From: a virus
Lineage: Duplodnaviria > Caudoviricetes
IMG/VR virus record: IMGVR_UViG_3300032326_002117
Span: 1 to 46,506 of that record
Strand: one strand, 5' to 3'
Length of the DNA: 46,506 nt
In this document: in pieces, positions 38,153 through 46,279 of the stretch
Position numbering within the stretch: the stretch's first letter is position 1
Layout: each line of letters starts with the position of its first letter
Position numbers and translations under genes: made by a program
The notes under the pieces: model-generated
The model's database searches: none
Seen by the model: the letters and a program-made list of their open reading frames with translations, nothing else
Told to the model about the DNA's origin: nothing

Positions 38153-38323
38153 ATGAACACTAACGATGACCCAATGTTTACAATGTTCGTCTCCCAAGCC
38201 CTTCAGGAACTTGCCAAACAAAAGCCTGATATGTCGCAAGAAGACCTCTACGAAGAGGCTATTGAACTTGCATATGAGCGATGGGATTCCTACTGCGAAT
38301 CACAATACTTCCAGGGAGAGTAA
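38153..38323 (+). CDS. 56-aa acidic protein (not in ORF track)
   Basis: TTGCAA..TGGTATACT 6 nt before the ATG. Confidence 0.6.
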   Translation: MNTNDDPMFTMFVSQALQELAKQKPDMSQEDLYEEAIELAYERWDSYCESQYFQGE

Positions 38324-38424
38324 CATCTCCCTACCACACAATCTCTTTCTTGTCAAATTAAATTATTTTATTTACAAGGAAGGGATTGGGGTGATAATAT
38401 TATCACCCCATAATACAAGATATA

Positions 38425-38495
38425 ATAAAAAAAAGACCAGACAAATAAATCATCTGGTCTATATTACCTTTAAGAAAGATAACCAATGTATCAAC
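38425..38495 (-). ncRNA. putative anti-RBS small RNA
   Basis: TTGCAA-N17-TAGAAT promoter, seed GATACATTGGTTATCTTTCTT, AGACCAGA terminator. Confidence 0.45.
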
Positions 38496-38705
38496 ACTAT
38501 TCTACCCAATCATCGTTATCTTTGCAAGGTTTTCCCCATGATTTTATTGTCAAAGTCATAAGAAGACCAAAGCCGATAAAACTAACAGCGTGAATGATGA
38601 TGATAGCGTGTACAATAGGGTTCATGCGTATATCATATGGTATATTTGTTGGGCTGTCAATTAAATACCAGTATAATTACCTATAGCGAAATAAGGAGAA
38701 AGGAT

Positions 38706-38981
38706 ATGGAAATCAAAGAAAATCCAGCAGAACAGATACAAGATTTAGACCCATTACCAGAAGTATTTTTGTTTGTTAATGTTCTTACTGGGAGACATGC
38801 ACAAACAACTGATACAAATAAGTTAGCTGTGTTTAAAAATGAGAATGTAGCAAGAATATGGGAAGAAAAATCTAAAGCATTGAAAGGTATGGTGGGTTAT
38901 TGGGCTGCTTGGAAAGAAATGTTAGACATAGCCAAAAATCAAACAGGTGGTCAATATGAATACTTTGGAACTGGTGACTAA
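38706..38981 (+). CDS. hypothetical protein
   Basis: AAGGAG SD before the ATG at 38706. Confidence 0.65.
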   Translation: MEIKENPAEQIQDLDPLPEVFLFVNVLTGRHAQTTDTNKLAVFKNENVARIWEEKSKALKGMVGYWAAWKEMLDIAKNQTGGQYEYFGTGD

Positions 38982-39049
38982 TGGTTTGTTGGTTGCTTTT
39001 ATAATATGGTTTATTGTGTTTAGTTATATGGTGGGAAAAAACAAGAAAG

Positions 39050-39406
39050 ATGACAATAGTAAACAAGACTGACCATGTAGTAGCTTTGTGGGTAAATGAT
39101 GCCTGGACTACTATTATGCCTTATGGTTTATGTTCTAAGCTAAAAGAAGAAAAGCAGCTAATAGAAATAAGAAATGGTGTAACATTGAAGAAGCTTATAG
39201 TTCATGGTGTTATAGAGTTGCCTGATAGAAAACCAGACACTATATATATTGTTGAGCCAGAAGTTGCCAGATATGTTTGGAAGTCATCTTATAGAGAAGA
39301 TGTATGTTATTTAGATAATCCAGTGGTAAGAGATGATAAATACAGAACCTTAGCATCTATGGCTCTTGTTTGTTTTCATGAAGTATTATTATCTTATTGC
39401 TTATAG
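39050..39406 (+). CDS. conserved hypothetical protein
   Basis: IVN.T.H.V ... LP.....TIYIV....A......R.D pattern. Confidence 0.65.
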   Translation: MTIVNKTDHVVALWVNDAWTTIMPYGLCSKLKEEKQLIEIRNGVTLKKLIVHGVIELPDRKPDTIYIVEPEVARYVWKSSYREDVCYLDNPVVRDDKYRTLASMALVCFHEVLLSYCL

Positions 39407-39700
39407 GGGGTAGTTTTTATTTAGGGGTGGGGGGGTGTCTTAAACTTTTGGGTCCCATATGGATCCGCACCCCCTATCAAAAAAAGGCCATAGGTGGAGA
39501 AATCGCCAGCTATATTTCGGGCTATGGGGGGGGCTCTTAATTTTTTCAATTTTGCCCAGAAATAACCATCCTTTTTCGCCCCGGTATATATATAAATTTT
39601 GGAATGTACAGGGGGGTATCTTAATTTTTTGGGTTTTCTGAAAATATAACCATCCTTTTTGTTGTGTTAAGCTATATTAAAAAAATCGCCCAGGTATATT
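39405..39700. repeat. non-coding G-tract iterated repeats
   Basis: GGGGG.NTCTTAA..TTTT at ~39431, ~39528, ~39612; AACCATCCTTTTT at 39564 and 39648. Confidence 0.6.
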
Positions 39701-39767
39701 GTGTTGTGTATTGTAAAAAATTCTTATCAATAAAAAACAAAAGATAGTTTAAGTTTTGGAGGCCTAT

Positions 39768-39929
39768 ATGGAAAACTTATCAAAAGACTATCAGAATATT
39801 ATTTTGAAGATTGCATTAGTTGTTTTGAAGAATGATGCATTGAGAGTATTAGTTGCAGACATTATCAACATTCCTAATTATATGATTGGGAATTTATTAT
39901 ATGAATTAAAGAAGATGGACAAGATATAA
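39768..39929 (+). CDS. 53-aa hypothetical protein (not in ORF track)
   Basis: GGAGG SD; open frame. Confidence 0.5.
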   Translation: MENLSKDYQNIILKIALVVLKNDALRVLVADIINIPNYMIGNLLYELKKMDKI

Positions 39930-39942
39930 AAAAAGGGAGATA

Positions 39943-40437
39943 TTATTCTCCCTTTTTTTTATCAGTGAGTGGTCCGCCTGTTACCCAAGCGTCACAAGTT
40001 CTTTTAGATGCACATTTGAATTTTAGGAATTTACAGTAGCCAAGTTTTCCAGCATTTATGGTTTCTGTTGCTTCTTCTCCTATGCCTTTTTCTATACAAT
40101 CTAATGTTTTTGTTGTAATATCAAAAGCAGCACAATTGCCACAAAGCATATTCTTCACTTCTGATAGCTCGTCCACTTTCCACATTTTCATTTTTTTGAT
40201 CCAGAACTTATCATTTGGCTGTGATGGGTCAGCTGGTCCATATCCATATTCGTTTATGGCTTTTTGTCTATTTTTTAGGTTCAATTTTATGTTTTGTGTT
40301 GCTTCTGGACAATCTTCATTTTTTTCTGCTAATTTTGTCATGAGTAGATTTATTTCATTAGCTAAAAGAATTTCCTTATTATTTTCAAAGTTGTCAGCTA
40401 TATTTGCGAGTGAGGATAAGATTTGTCTTTTATTCAT
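39943..40437 (-). CDS. shared-leader protein with Cys-rich C-terminal domain
   Basis: N-terminal leader; CP.AT....N.KNR..AI....YGP, CGNCAAFD, GYC....FKC...RTC.AW..GGP. Confidence 0.75.
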   Translation of the reverse strand: MNKRQILSSLANIADNFENNKEILLANEINLLMTKLAEKNEDCPEATQNIKLNLKNRQKAINEYGYGPADPSQPNDKFWIKKMKMWKVDELSEVKNMLCGNCAAFDITTKTLDCIEKGIGEEATETINAGKLGYCKFLKFKCASKRTCDAWVTGGPLTDKKKGE

Positions 40438-40446
40438 TTTTTTCTC

Positions 40447-41229
40447 TTAAAATTTTGGTACATCTATTGTATATTTTGGCATATTAGCTTCATCTGATTT
40501 TAATTGATCATGTAATCTTTGCGCTTCTTCCATGATACTATAAGCTTCATCTCTATATTCTGAATTATAACTATCATCTATAATGTATCGGAGTAAATTG
40601 TCCATAGAAGATTGTGCACCAGATTGATTCCAATATTCACCAGCAGCTTTTTTGAGTAATGATTTTGCTCTTCTTAAAAGTTTATGATATTCATTACTTT
40701 TATTAGTTGTTTTTCTTCCAAAAGGTACAATTCCAGTGGTCAAATCAAGAGTTTCAGTGCTTGGTCTTTCTTGCATTTTTTTCTTTAGTGCAGGATATAT
40801 AGAACCTTTGAAGCTTTGGAATGTTTTATCATTGTCAATCCCTCTGTCAATCATAAACATACCTCTTAGTAGTTCTGAGACATCTGGATTTATTTGTGTG
40901 AAAACATTTTGGCTTTGTTCAAATGGGCTTAGGAACATCATTTCACTTATTCTTGGATTAGGTGATTGAAAAGCATGATAAATAGCAGCATCAAATTCCT
41001 TATAAGATGTAATAGGATTTTCCCTATTTCTATCTGCTACATACTCTTTACCAAAATCAGATAAAGTATTATATAGTCTTTCTTTAGTATAATCATATTC
41101 TGGTTTTGAATCTTCTTGTGCTAATTTATTCATTACTTTGGTAAGAATATTAGCTTCTGGATAAAGGCGATTATTGTCAAGAGTGTTAGCAATATTACTT
41201 AATGCTGTTACTATTTGTCTTTTGTTCAT
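40447..41229 (-). CDS. shared-leader protein
   Basis: MNKRQIVTALSNIANTLD..RLY.EAN.LTKVM.KLA. Confidence 0.75.
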   Translation of the reverse strand: MNKRQIVTALSNIANTLDNNRLYPEANILTKVMNKLAQEDSKPEYDYTKERLYNTLSDFGKEYVADRNRENPITSYKEFDAAIYHAFQSPNPRISEMMFLSPFEQSQNVFTQINPDVSELLRGMFMIDRGIDNDKTFQSFKGSIYPALKKKMQERPSTETLDLTTGIVPFGRKTTNKSNEYHKLLRRAKSLLKKAAGEYWNQSGAQSSMDNLLRYIIDDSYNSEYRDEAYSIMEEAQRLHDQLKSDEANMPKYTIDVPKF

Positions 41230-41311
41230 AATTTACTCCATATTTATTATTTTATCTATTTCTTCTAAGGTCCTTTTAGGAATCTTGTTTTGTTATGAGT
41301 AAAAATACATT

Positions 41312-41905
41312 ATGAGAATTAGTCCTATTAGTGTAGACAAGTTGAAAAATTATGATTGGTATTATAGTGACGATCATAATCTTTGGTATTATTTTAATAA
41401 AAGAAAAGACAATAGATTTAATAGTGCTGAGTTGGATGATACTTTAGATGTAAGTATTAGAAAAATAGTAAAGTTTTTGAATGATAAAGGTTATGAAACT
41501 TTGCCGAGTTGTGGGGGTCATAACCGCACTAAAAAGTTTATTGATAAAGCTTGGAAAAATCTTATAAGAGATAGGAAGAAAATTCGTACAACTGGTCTTT
41601 GGTTGAATAATTGTGAGAACAGCAATAAATATTTTTTATTAGATCCTGATTGGCAGATTCCATTTAGTTATGATGAGTTTAGTGAAATTTGCAGTGGTGA
41701 TAAAGAAGTGGTTGGCTATATTGGTTTTTATTGTAAAGAAAAAAGAGTATATGATTTATTAGAAGCTTTATTTAGTGGCAATACTTATGTTTCTTTACGT
41801 TTTGATGGCAAAGTGATAGAAATATTCAATAATGCTAAAAAAGATAATATCAGAAATAAAAATTGGGATTTTATTTCTGATATTTTGAAAGATGTGATTA
41901 AGTAA
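41312..41905 (+). CDS. hypothetical protein (T..SC.GH motif)
   Basis: D..I...V..LN.KGY.TLPSCGGH. Confidence 0.65.
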   Translation: MRISPISVDKLKNYDWYYSDDHNLWYYFNKRKDNRFNSAELDDTLDVSIRKIVKFLNDKGYETLPSCGGHNRTKKFIDKAWKNLIRDRKKIRTTGLWLNNCENSNKYFLLDPDWQIPFSYDEFSEICSGDKEVVGYIGFYCKEKRVYDLLEALFSGNTYVSLRFDGKVIEIFNNAKKDNIRNKNWDFISDILKDVIK

Positions 41906-41910
41906 ATATT

Positions 41911-42624
41911 TTAATTTATTTGATTACCATTTTCGTCTAATAATGGCAGGTTATGTTTTGCAGCTAATTCTTCTGCAGACATTATTTGATCAAATTTTGT
42001 AGCAGATTCATTTGGATAACTTTTTACAATTGCTATAGGTTTCCAGTTTACTAAAACAAATTCATTGAATTCATCTTCAACAAAATCTTTTTCATCTACT
42101 ATAAGAGGTAATCTATCTGTCCATCTCATTTGTCTTTGTCTTGGAGCAAAAACATATTGATTTGTTTGTAGGTCATGGTTTGCTGCTAATGTAACGTGTC
42201 CTTTTAGCATTATTCCAGCATTCCCCACCCATCTATTTTTATAAGGTGGTTTTTTGTAAGCTATGCATGACAGTTCAACATTTGACAGATTCATTCTTGG
42301 ATCTAATTTTGAAGCTTGTCCATAGTGTATATATGTAAGAGAGTTTAAGAATTCTCTATTAGCTTTTTGGTTCCAGGTAGCTTTGATGTCATGCATTACA
42401 TCTCTTTGATCTTCTACCATACCAGGTTGAAATTTTTCATTCCATTCTTTTAATTTATCTTCACCGGCCCATTCTGCAGTGTTATCAGGTTGGTTAGTTG
42501 TATTTTTTGTATCTGGTAATGCAGCTATCTTGATTTGATTTGTAATTTGATCAGCTAATTCGAATAATCCATTTACATCTAAATTGTTAGCTATTTTAAT
42601 TAGATGTTGTATTTTCTTATTCAT
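41911..42624 (-). CDS. shared-leader protein
   Basis: LIKIANNLD.NGLF..AD.IT. Confidence 0.75.
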   Translation of the reverse strand: MNKKIQHLIKIANNLDVNGLFELADQITNQIKIAALPDTKNTTNQPDNTAEWAGEDKLKEWNEKFQPGMVEDQRDVMHDIKATWNQKANREFLNSLTYIHYGQASKLDPRMNLSNVELSCIAYKKPPYKNRWVGNAGIMLKGHVTLAANHDLQTNQYVFAPRQRQMRWTDRLPLIVDEKDFVEDEFNEFVLVNWKPIAIVKSYPNESATKFDQIMSAEELAAKHNLPLLDENGNQIN

Positions 42625-43025
42625 TATTGCTCCAATTTATCGTCTAAATCTCTTGCACTATCAAAATCCATATTTTCTACAAGTAATGAAGATATTTTGT
42701 TTCCAGCTTCATGCAGATTTTGTATTAGGTCTCTTCTATGATAATAAAACATAGAGTCATCAGGGCCTTCTTCATTTTCAAGTAATTCTGGTAATGAATT
42801 TGCGGTATTGATGATTGTTAGGATTTGTGATTTTAGGTTTTCTAAAATCACATCTACATTACTATAATCTTGTTGTGTTTCTGGTTTTTGATCGCCTGGC
42901 ATAATGATATCGTCAGGAGAAACATCATAAGCTAATTTAGTAAGAGAATTAGCTTCTTTATAATAGCCAGAATTATCAAGTGTATTTGCTATTTTGATTA
43001 ATTCTTTTACTGTTTGTTTATTCAT
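42624..43025 (-). CDS. shared-leader protein
   Basis: LIKIANTLDNSGYYKEANSLTKLAYD. Confidence 0.75.
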   Translation of the reverse strand: MNKQTVKELIKIANTLDNSGYYKEANSLTKLAYDVSPDDIIMPGDQKPETQQDYSNVDVILENLKSQILTIINTANSLPELLENEEGPDDSMFYYHRRDLIQNLHEAGNKISSLLVENMDFDSARDLDDKLEQ

Positions 43026-43086
43026 TTTATTGTCTTAAAAATAAGTGGCAAAATTATGTTATTGCCACTTATTTTAGTTGTTCAAA

Positions 43087-43563
43087 TTATCCAAGAGAAT
43101 TCATTAATTGATTTTTAATTTCTTCGTATCTATTTTTTTGTTCTCTATTCATCGTCATATTTTCTACAACTAATTCATCTAAATCTCTGAACACATCTCC
43201 CATTTCTGAACGAGATGGGTTATTGTAATCTCTGGAGTAATCTTCACGAAGTTTGTCAGCAGGATGATTTCCATGCATATCCATCATACTGCTAATTTCA
43301 TCTAACCCTTCTGTAAGACCATTGCCTGAATAATTTTCATCTTCCATGTCCATATCATCGTCTTCATCACCGTATGGCATGTAATCTTCTCTCATCAAAT
43401 CCATACCATCCATTTTGTCATTATAATAATCTCTTTCATCAAAATCATCATATGCTAATCTGGACATAACTTTTGTTACAGTGTTGGCTTCTGTGTAAAG
43501 ACCAGTATTATCGAGTTCATTTGCGATCTTGTTGAGAGATGCGATTATTTGTTTTTTGTTCAT
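43087..43563 (-). CDS. shared-leader acidic protein
   Basis: LNKIANELDNTGLYTEANTVTKVMSRLAYD; D/M-rich. Confidence 0.75.
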   Translation of the reverse strand: MNKKQIIASLNKIANELDNTGLYTEANTVTKVMSRLAYDDFDERDYYNDKMDGMDLMREDYMPYGDEDDDMDMEDENYSGNGLTEGLDEISSMMDMHGNHPADKLREDYSRDYNNPSRSEMGDVFRDLDELVVENMTMNREQKNRYEEIKNQLMNSLG

Positions 43564-43642
43564 ATTTTTTTCCTTTTAAGAGGTGTTCAATATATTTTTA
43601 CAAGTATGGAAAAGTAATCCCTTTATCTTTTATAATTAGGGT

Positions 43643-43879
43643 ATGTTTTTGATATTTGGTGTTGAGTTTATGACATATGCATTTTTTGCTTACACTTCTG
43701 AAAATTTTGTAGCTTGGTTTTTGTATATTTTATGTTTATGGATAAGTGGTTATTATTGTTGGAAGTATATTTTTGAAAAAGTGAAAGCATATAGGTTGGC
43801 TTATGTATTTTTGTCTAATATTATTTTTTCATTTATATTAGTGTGTAAGCTTTTTAGTTTATGGTTCTCTAATTTATGA
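43643..43879 (+). CDS. membrane protein
   Basis: Hydrophobic 78-aa ORF. Confidence 0.5.
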   Translation: MFLIFGVEFMTYAFFAYTSENFVAWFLYILCLWISGYYCWKYIFEKVKAYRLAYVFLSNIIFSFILVCKLFSLWFSNL

Positions 43880-44060
43880 ATAATCTTATATCAATTAGAA
43901 CCGCCATTTATAGGCTAAATCTTGAAAAAAGTTGCGATAGATTGTAAATGTCGCAGGAGATAATTAAAAAAGAGGGGCAAAAACCCCTCTTTTTTAATTA
44001 TAGTATGCGGCATATGTTTTGTATAAGAAGTGTATGTTACCAGCCATTGAATATAGCAAC

Positions 44061-44873
44061 ATGTCTCAAGAATTTGTTGAAGTTAATCTTGGTTATGGTT
44101 ATATTTTGAAAGTAAAGAGTTGTTATGTTGATAGTTTGATGAATTTTAAAAAAATTCCATTTGATATCATTTTAGAAAGAGCGGCAAAAAACGACAAAGA
44201 AATAATTGGCTTCCATGGTGTAAATAATGATTGTGATAAGATTTGGGGTATTCGTTGTCTGAAGTGTGGTGAGAAAAGTAGGAAGCTATTAAGGTTTTTT
44301 TATAAATGTCGTGGTTGTGATATTATTAGAAAAACTTACACTAATGATTTTTTTGTCAAAACATCAAGTAAGCTCCACAACAACAAGTATATTTATGCAG
44401 ATAAGTATACAAACTCTAATACAAAGATAAAGATTTATTGTACTTTATGTAAAAAATATTTTTTTCAAAAGCCCAATTCTCATTTAAAAGGTACAGGTTG
44501 TCCAAGATGTAAAATCTCTAAAGGTGAGAGATTTATTGAATCTTATTTGATTGCAAGAAATATTAATTATATTTGGCATCATAAGTTTGACACATTGAGA
44601 CATATAAATTTATTAGAGGTTGATTTTTATTTGCCTGATTTTGACCTCATTATTGAATATAATGGTGAGCAGCATTATTCTTTAGAATTTTATTTGAATA
44701 AGGGGGTTCCAAATCCAGAAAAAGCATTTAGTGATTGCAAGCTAAGAGATTTAGTAAAGATTAGATGGTGTAAAGAAAATAATAAGAAGATATTTTGTAT
44801 ACCTTATTGGGATTTTAAGTTTATTGAGATTATTTTAGATGAATTATTGGGGTTTAAAAATGCAGCAAAATAG
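44061..44873 (+). CDS. zinc-ribbon plus PD-(D/E)XK (Vsr/DUF559-like) endonuclease, homing-endonuclease-like
   Basis: Several CxxC; KI.I.C..C...F.Q.P..HL.G.GCP.C..SKGE; DFYLP....IIEY.GEQHY; RD..K...C. Confidence 0.75.
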   Translation: MSQEFVEVNLGYGYILKVKSCYVDSLMNFKKIPFDIILERAAKNDKEIIGFHGVNNDCDKIWGIRCLKCGEKSRKLLRFFYKCRGCDIIRKTYTNDFFVKTSSKLHNNKYIYADKYTNSNTKIKIYCTLCKKYFFQKPNSHLKGTGCPRCKISKGERFIESYLIARNINYIWHHKFDTLRHINLLEVDFYLPDFDLIIEYNGEQHYSLEFYLNKGVPNPEKAFSDCKLRDLVKIRWCKENNKKIFCIPYWDFKFIEIILDELLGFKNAAK

Positions 44874-45084
44874 AGTTTATTTTTTATTGTCATACGTGAA
44901 CAGTTTTATTTTTGGTTTGAATTTGTTTTTGTGGCATAATTTATTTATTTTATTTTTGTGTGGTTTTTTATCTTGTGTTTTAGCTTTAAAAACATATTAC
45001 CCCAAGCACATACTTACAGAAATTATAAGTATAGTTGGGGCAATAGCGATTTTGTTTGTTATTGTATATAGAATATTCTTTTAA
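44860..45084 (+). CDS. small membrane protein
   Basis: Three hydrophobic segments. Confidence 0.55.
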   Translation: MQQNRVYFLLSYVNSFIFGLNLFLWHNLFILFLCGFLSCVLALKTYYPKHILTEIISIVGAIAILFVIVYRIFF

Positions 45085-45426
45085 TTATTTGTTTGTATGT
45101 CTGGATTCTAATTGTTTTTGGATATGTCTTTCATCTACACCTTTATTAGTAGAGTCCACCATAAATCCAAGAGGTTGATCATAAGAACCTTTTCTTGAAT
45201 ATAATCCAGCTTTGTCTAATAAGTCTTCAAAAAATTCATCATATTCATTTTGGTGTAATTTTTGGAGTCTTTCTTGTAAATGTGTTGTCACTTCGTCATG
45301 ATGTTTATTTAGTCCATCTTGAAGTGTTTCATAACTATCTCCAGTTCTCACTTCCTCAAGTTGTTCTTCTTGAGTGTCCATTCTTTCTTTTGTTTGTAGT
45401 AATGCAGTTTTTATAAATTTAGCCAT
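45085..45426 (-). CDS. hypothetical protein
   Basis: GAGGTG SD; repeated E.QL/E.RL units. Confidence 0.65.
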   Translation of the reverse strand: MAKFIKTALLQTKERMDTQEEQLEEVRTGDSYETLQDGLNKHHDEVTTHLQERLQKLHQNEYDEFFEDLLDKAGLYSRKGSYDQPLGFMVDSTNKGVDERHIQKQLESRHTNK

Positions 45427-45664
45427 AAGAATCACCTCTTCTTAATTATTCTTTTCTTTTTTCAATAATACTTTGAGTCGAACCTCATTTGTATAAATTT
45501 GATATGCTATATTCTTTCATTTTATTTATAAAATTTCTTCTTTTTTTGGTTTTAATTCTTGCAATTGGCTTTATTATATCTATGGCTATGATCTCGAATT
45601 ATATATGTCAAGGGCTTTTAGATTCGGATTATGAATAAAACTATAGTTTTTTAGGAGAAAAAAA

Positions 45665-46033
45665 ATGAAAGATGTAATTGCAAAGTTATTAAAAACTGCG
45701 AATGATTTAGATACTATTGGAATGTTTAGTGATGCTAATTCCTTGACAAGATTGGCTTACGATTTTAACAATCCTGAAAAAGAAGAATTAGTGGATGATT
45801 CTTTTGTCAATGCAGATGAGCATGAAGAGTTGATGAGAGTATTAGATGAGATGTCTAACTCTGGTGAAATTGATGACACTCAAGTTCAGCATATTATGGA
45901 AATTATTCAAGAAGGCAATCCATCAGCTCATTCTTGGGAAAAAGAAGAATTGGTAGATGATTCATTAGCTATGGATATGCCAGTAAAGCAATTTTCAGAT
46001 AAGAAGAAAAATTACAGTATTAAGGTTTTATAA
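45665..46033 (+). CDS. shared-leader acidic protein
   Basis: LLKTANDLDTIGMFSDANSLTRLAYD; EKEELVDDS occurs twice. Confidence 0.75.
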   Translation: MKDVIAKLLKTANDLDTIGMFSDANSLTRLAYDFNNPEKEELVDDSFVNADEHEELMRVLDEMSNSGEIDDTQVQHIMEIIQEGNPSAHSWEKEELVDDSLAMDMPVKQFSDKKKNYSIKVL

Positions 46034-46278
46034 TGAATAGAAATTTTGTTATTTTTGATGTCACTGAAGTTCCATTAATTGATTTTTCTACAGTGTTAGA
46101 AACTTCTCCAGATACATTGAGATTGTCAGTAGATGGCACTAAAACATTTGTCAAGTGGGAAAATGAAGAACCTGCTTGTATTTCTCTTTTAACTACAAAA
46201 ACACAAATTTATTCCTACGAAGAAATTTTAGAAATTTTAGCTGGACCTGAATGGACTCCAGTCATGCCTCCAGTGTAA
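46033..46278 (+). CDS. conserved phage hypothetical protein
   Basis: IDF..V.ETS..TLR.S.DGTKTFVK+ ... Y...EIL..L...EW. Confidence 0.7.
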   Translation: MNRNFVIFDVTEVPLIDFSTVLETSPDTLRLSVDGTKTFVKWENEEPACISLLTTKTQIYSYEEILEILAGPEWTPVMPPV

Positions 46279-46279
46279 A

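Larger units (their letters stand above)
13851..38410. repeat. dispersed family of 25 intergenic 24-bp palindromes TGGGGT-KRT-N6-AYM-ACCCCA
   Basis: Copies start at 13851, 15445, 17602, 18989, 20698, 21542, 22103, 23121, 25480, 26315, 26975, 27510, 28582, 29272, 29986, 30551, 31429, 32431, 33141, 34317, 35340, 36101, 36844, 37494, 38387; 9-bp arms perfectly complementary in every copy. Confidence 0.97.

Noticed and set aside
13851-38410. Palindromic repeats as a CRISPR array
   Set aside because: Spacing is ~0.5-2.4 kb with whole genes between copies; no 30-40-nt spacers and no cas genes.
13851-38410. Palindromes as ordinary rho-independent terminators
   Set aside because: No consistent U-tract; a separate terminator hairpin usually lies beside them, and some copies sit between divergent promoters (27510, 28582).
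26773-38561. Track ORFs containing GVIILSPQ/GGSCTTP-type peptides (e.g. 26773-26994, 27464-27667, 30399-30605, 33001-33207, 35927-36139, 38166-38561)
   Set aside because: They are translations of the repeated DNA element, not a protein family.
39459-39641. 60-aa ORF
   Set aside because: Lies within G-tract repeats, lacks an SD, and has atypical composition.
44019-44873. Transposase or IS element
   Set aside because: No DDE/HUH motifs, terminal inverted repeats or target duplication seen; fits a free-standing nuclease.
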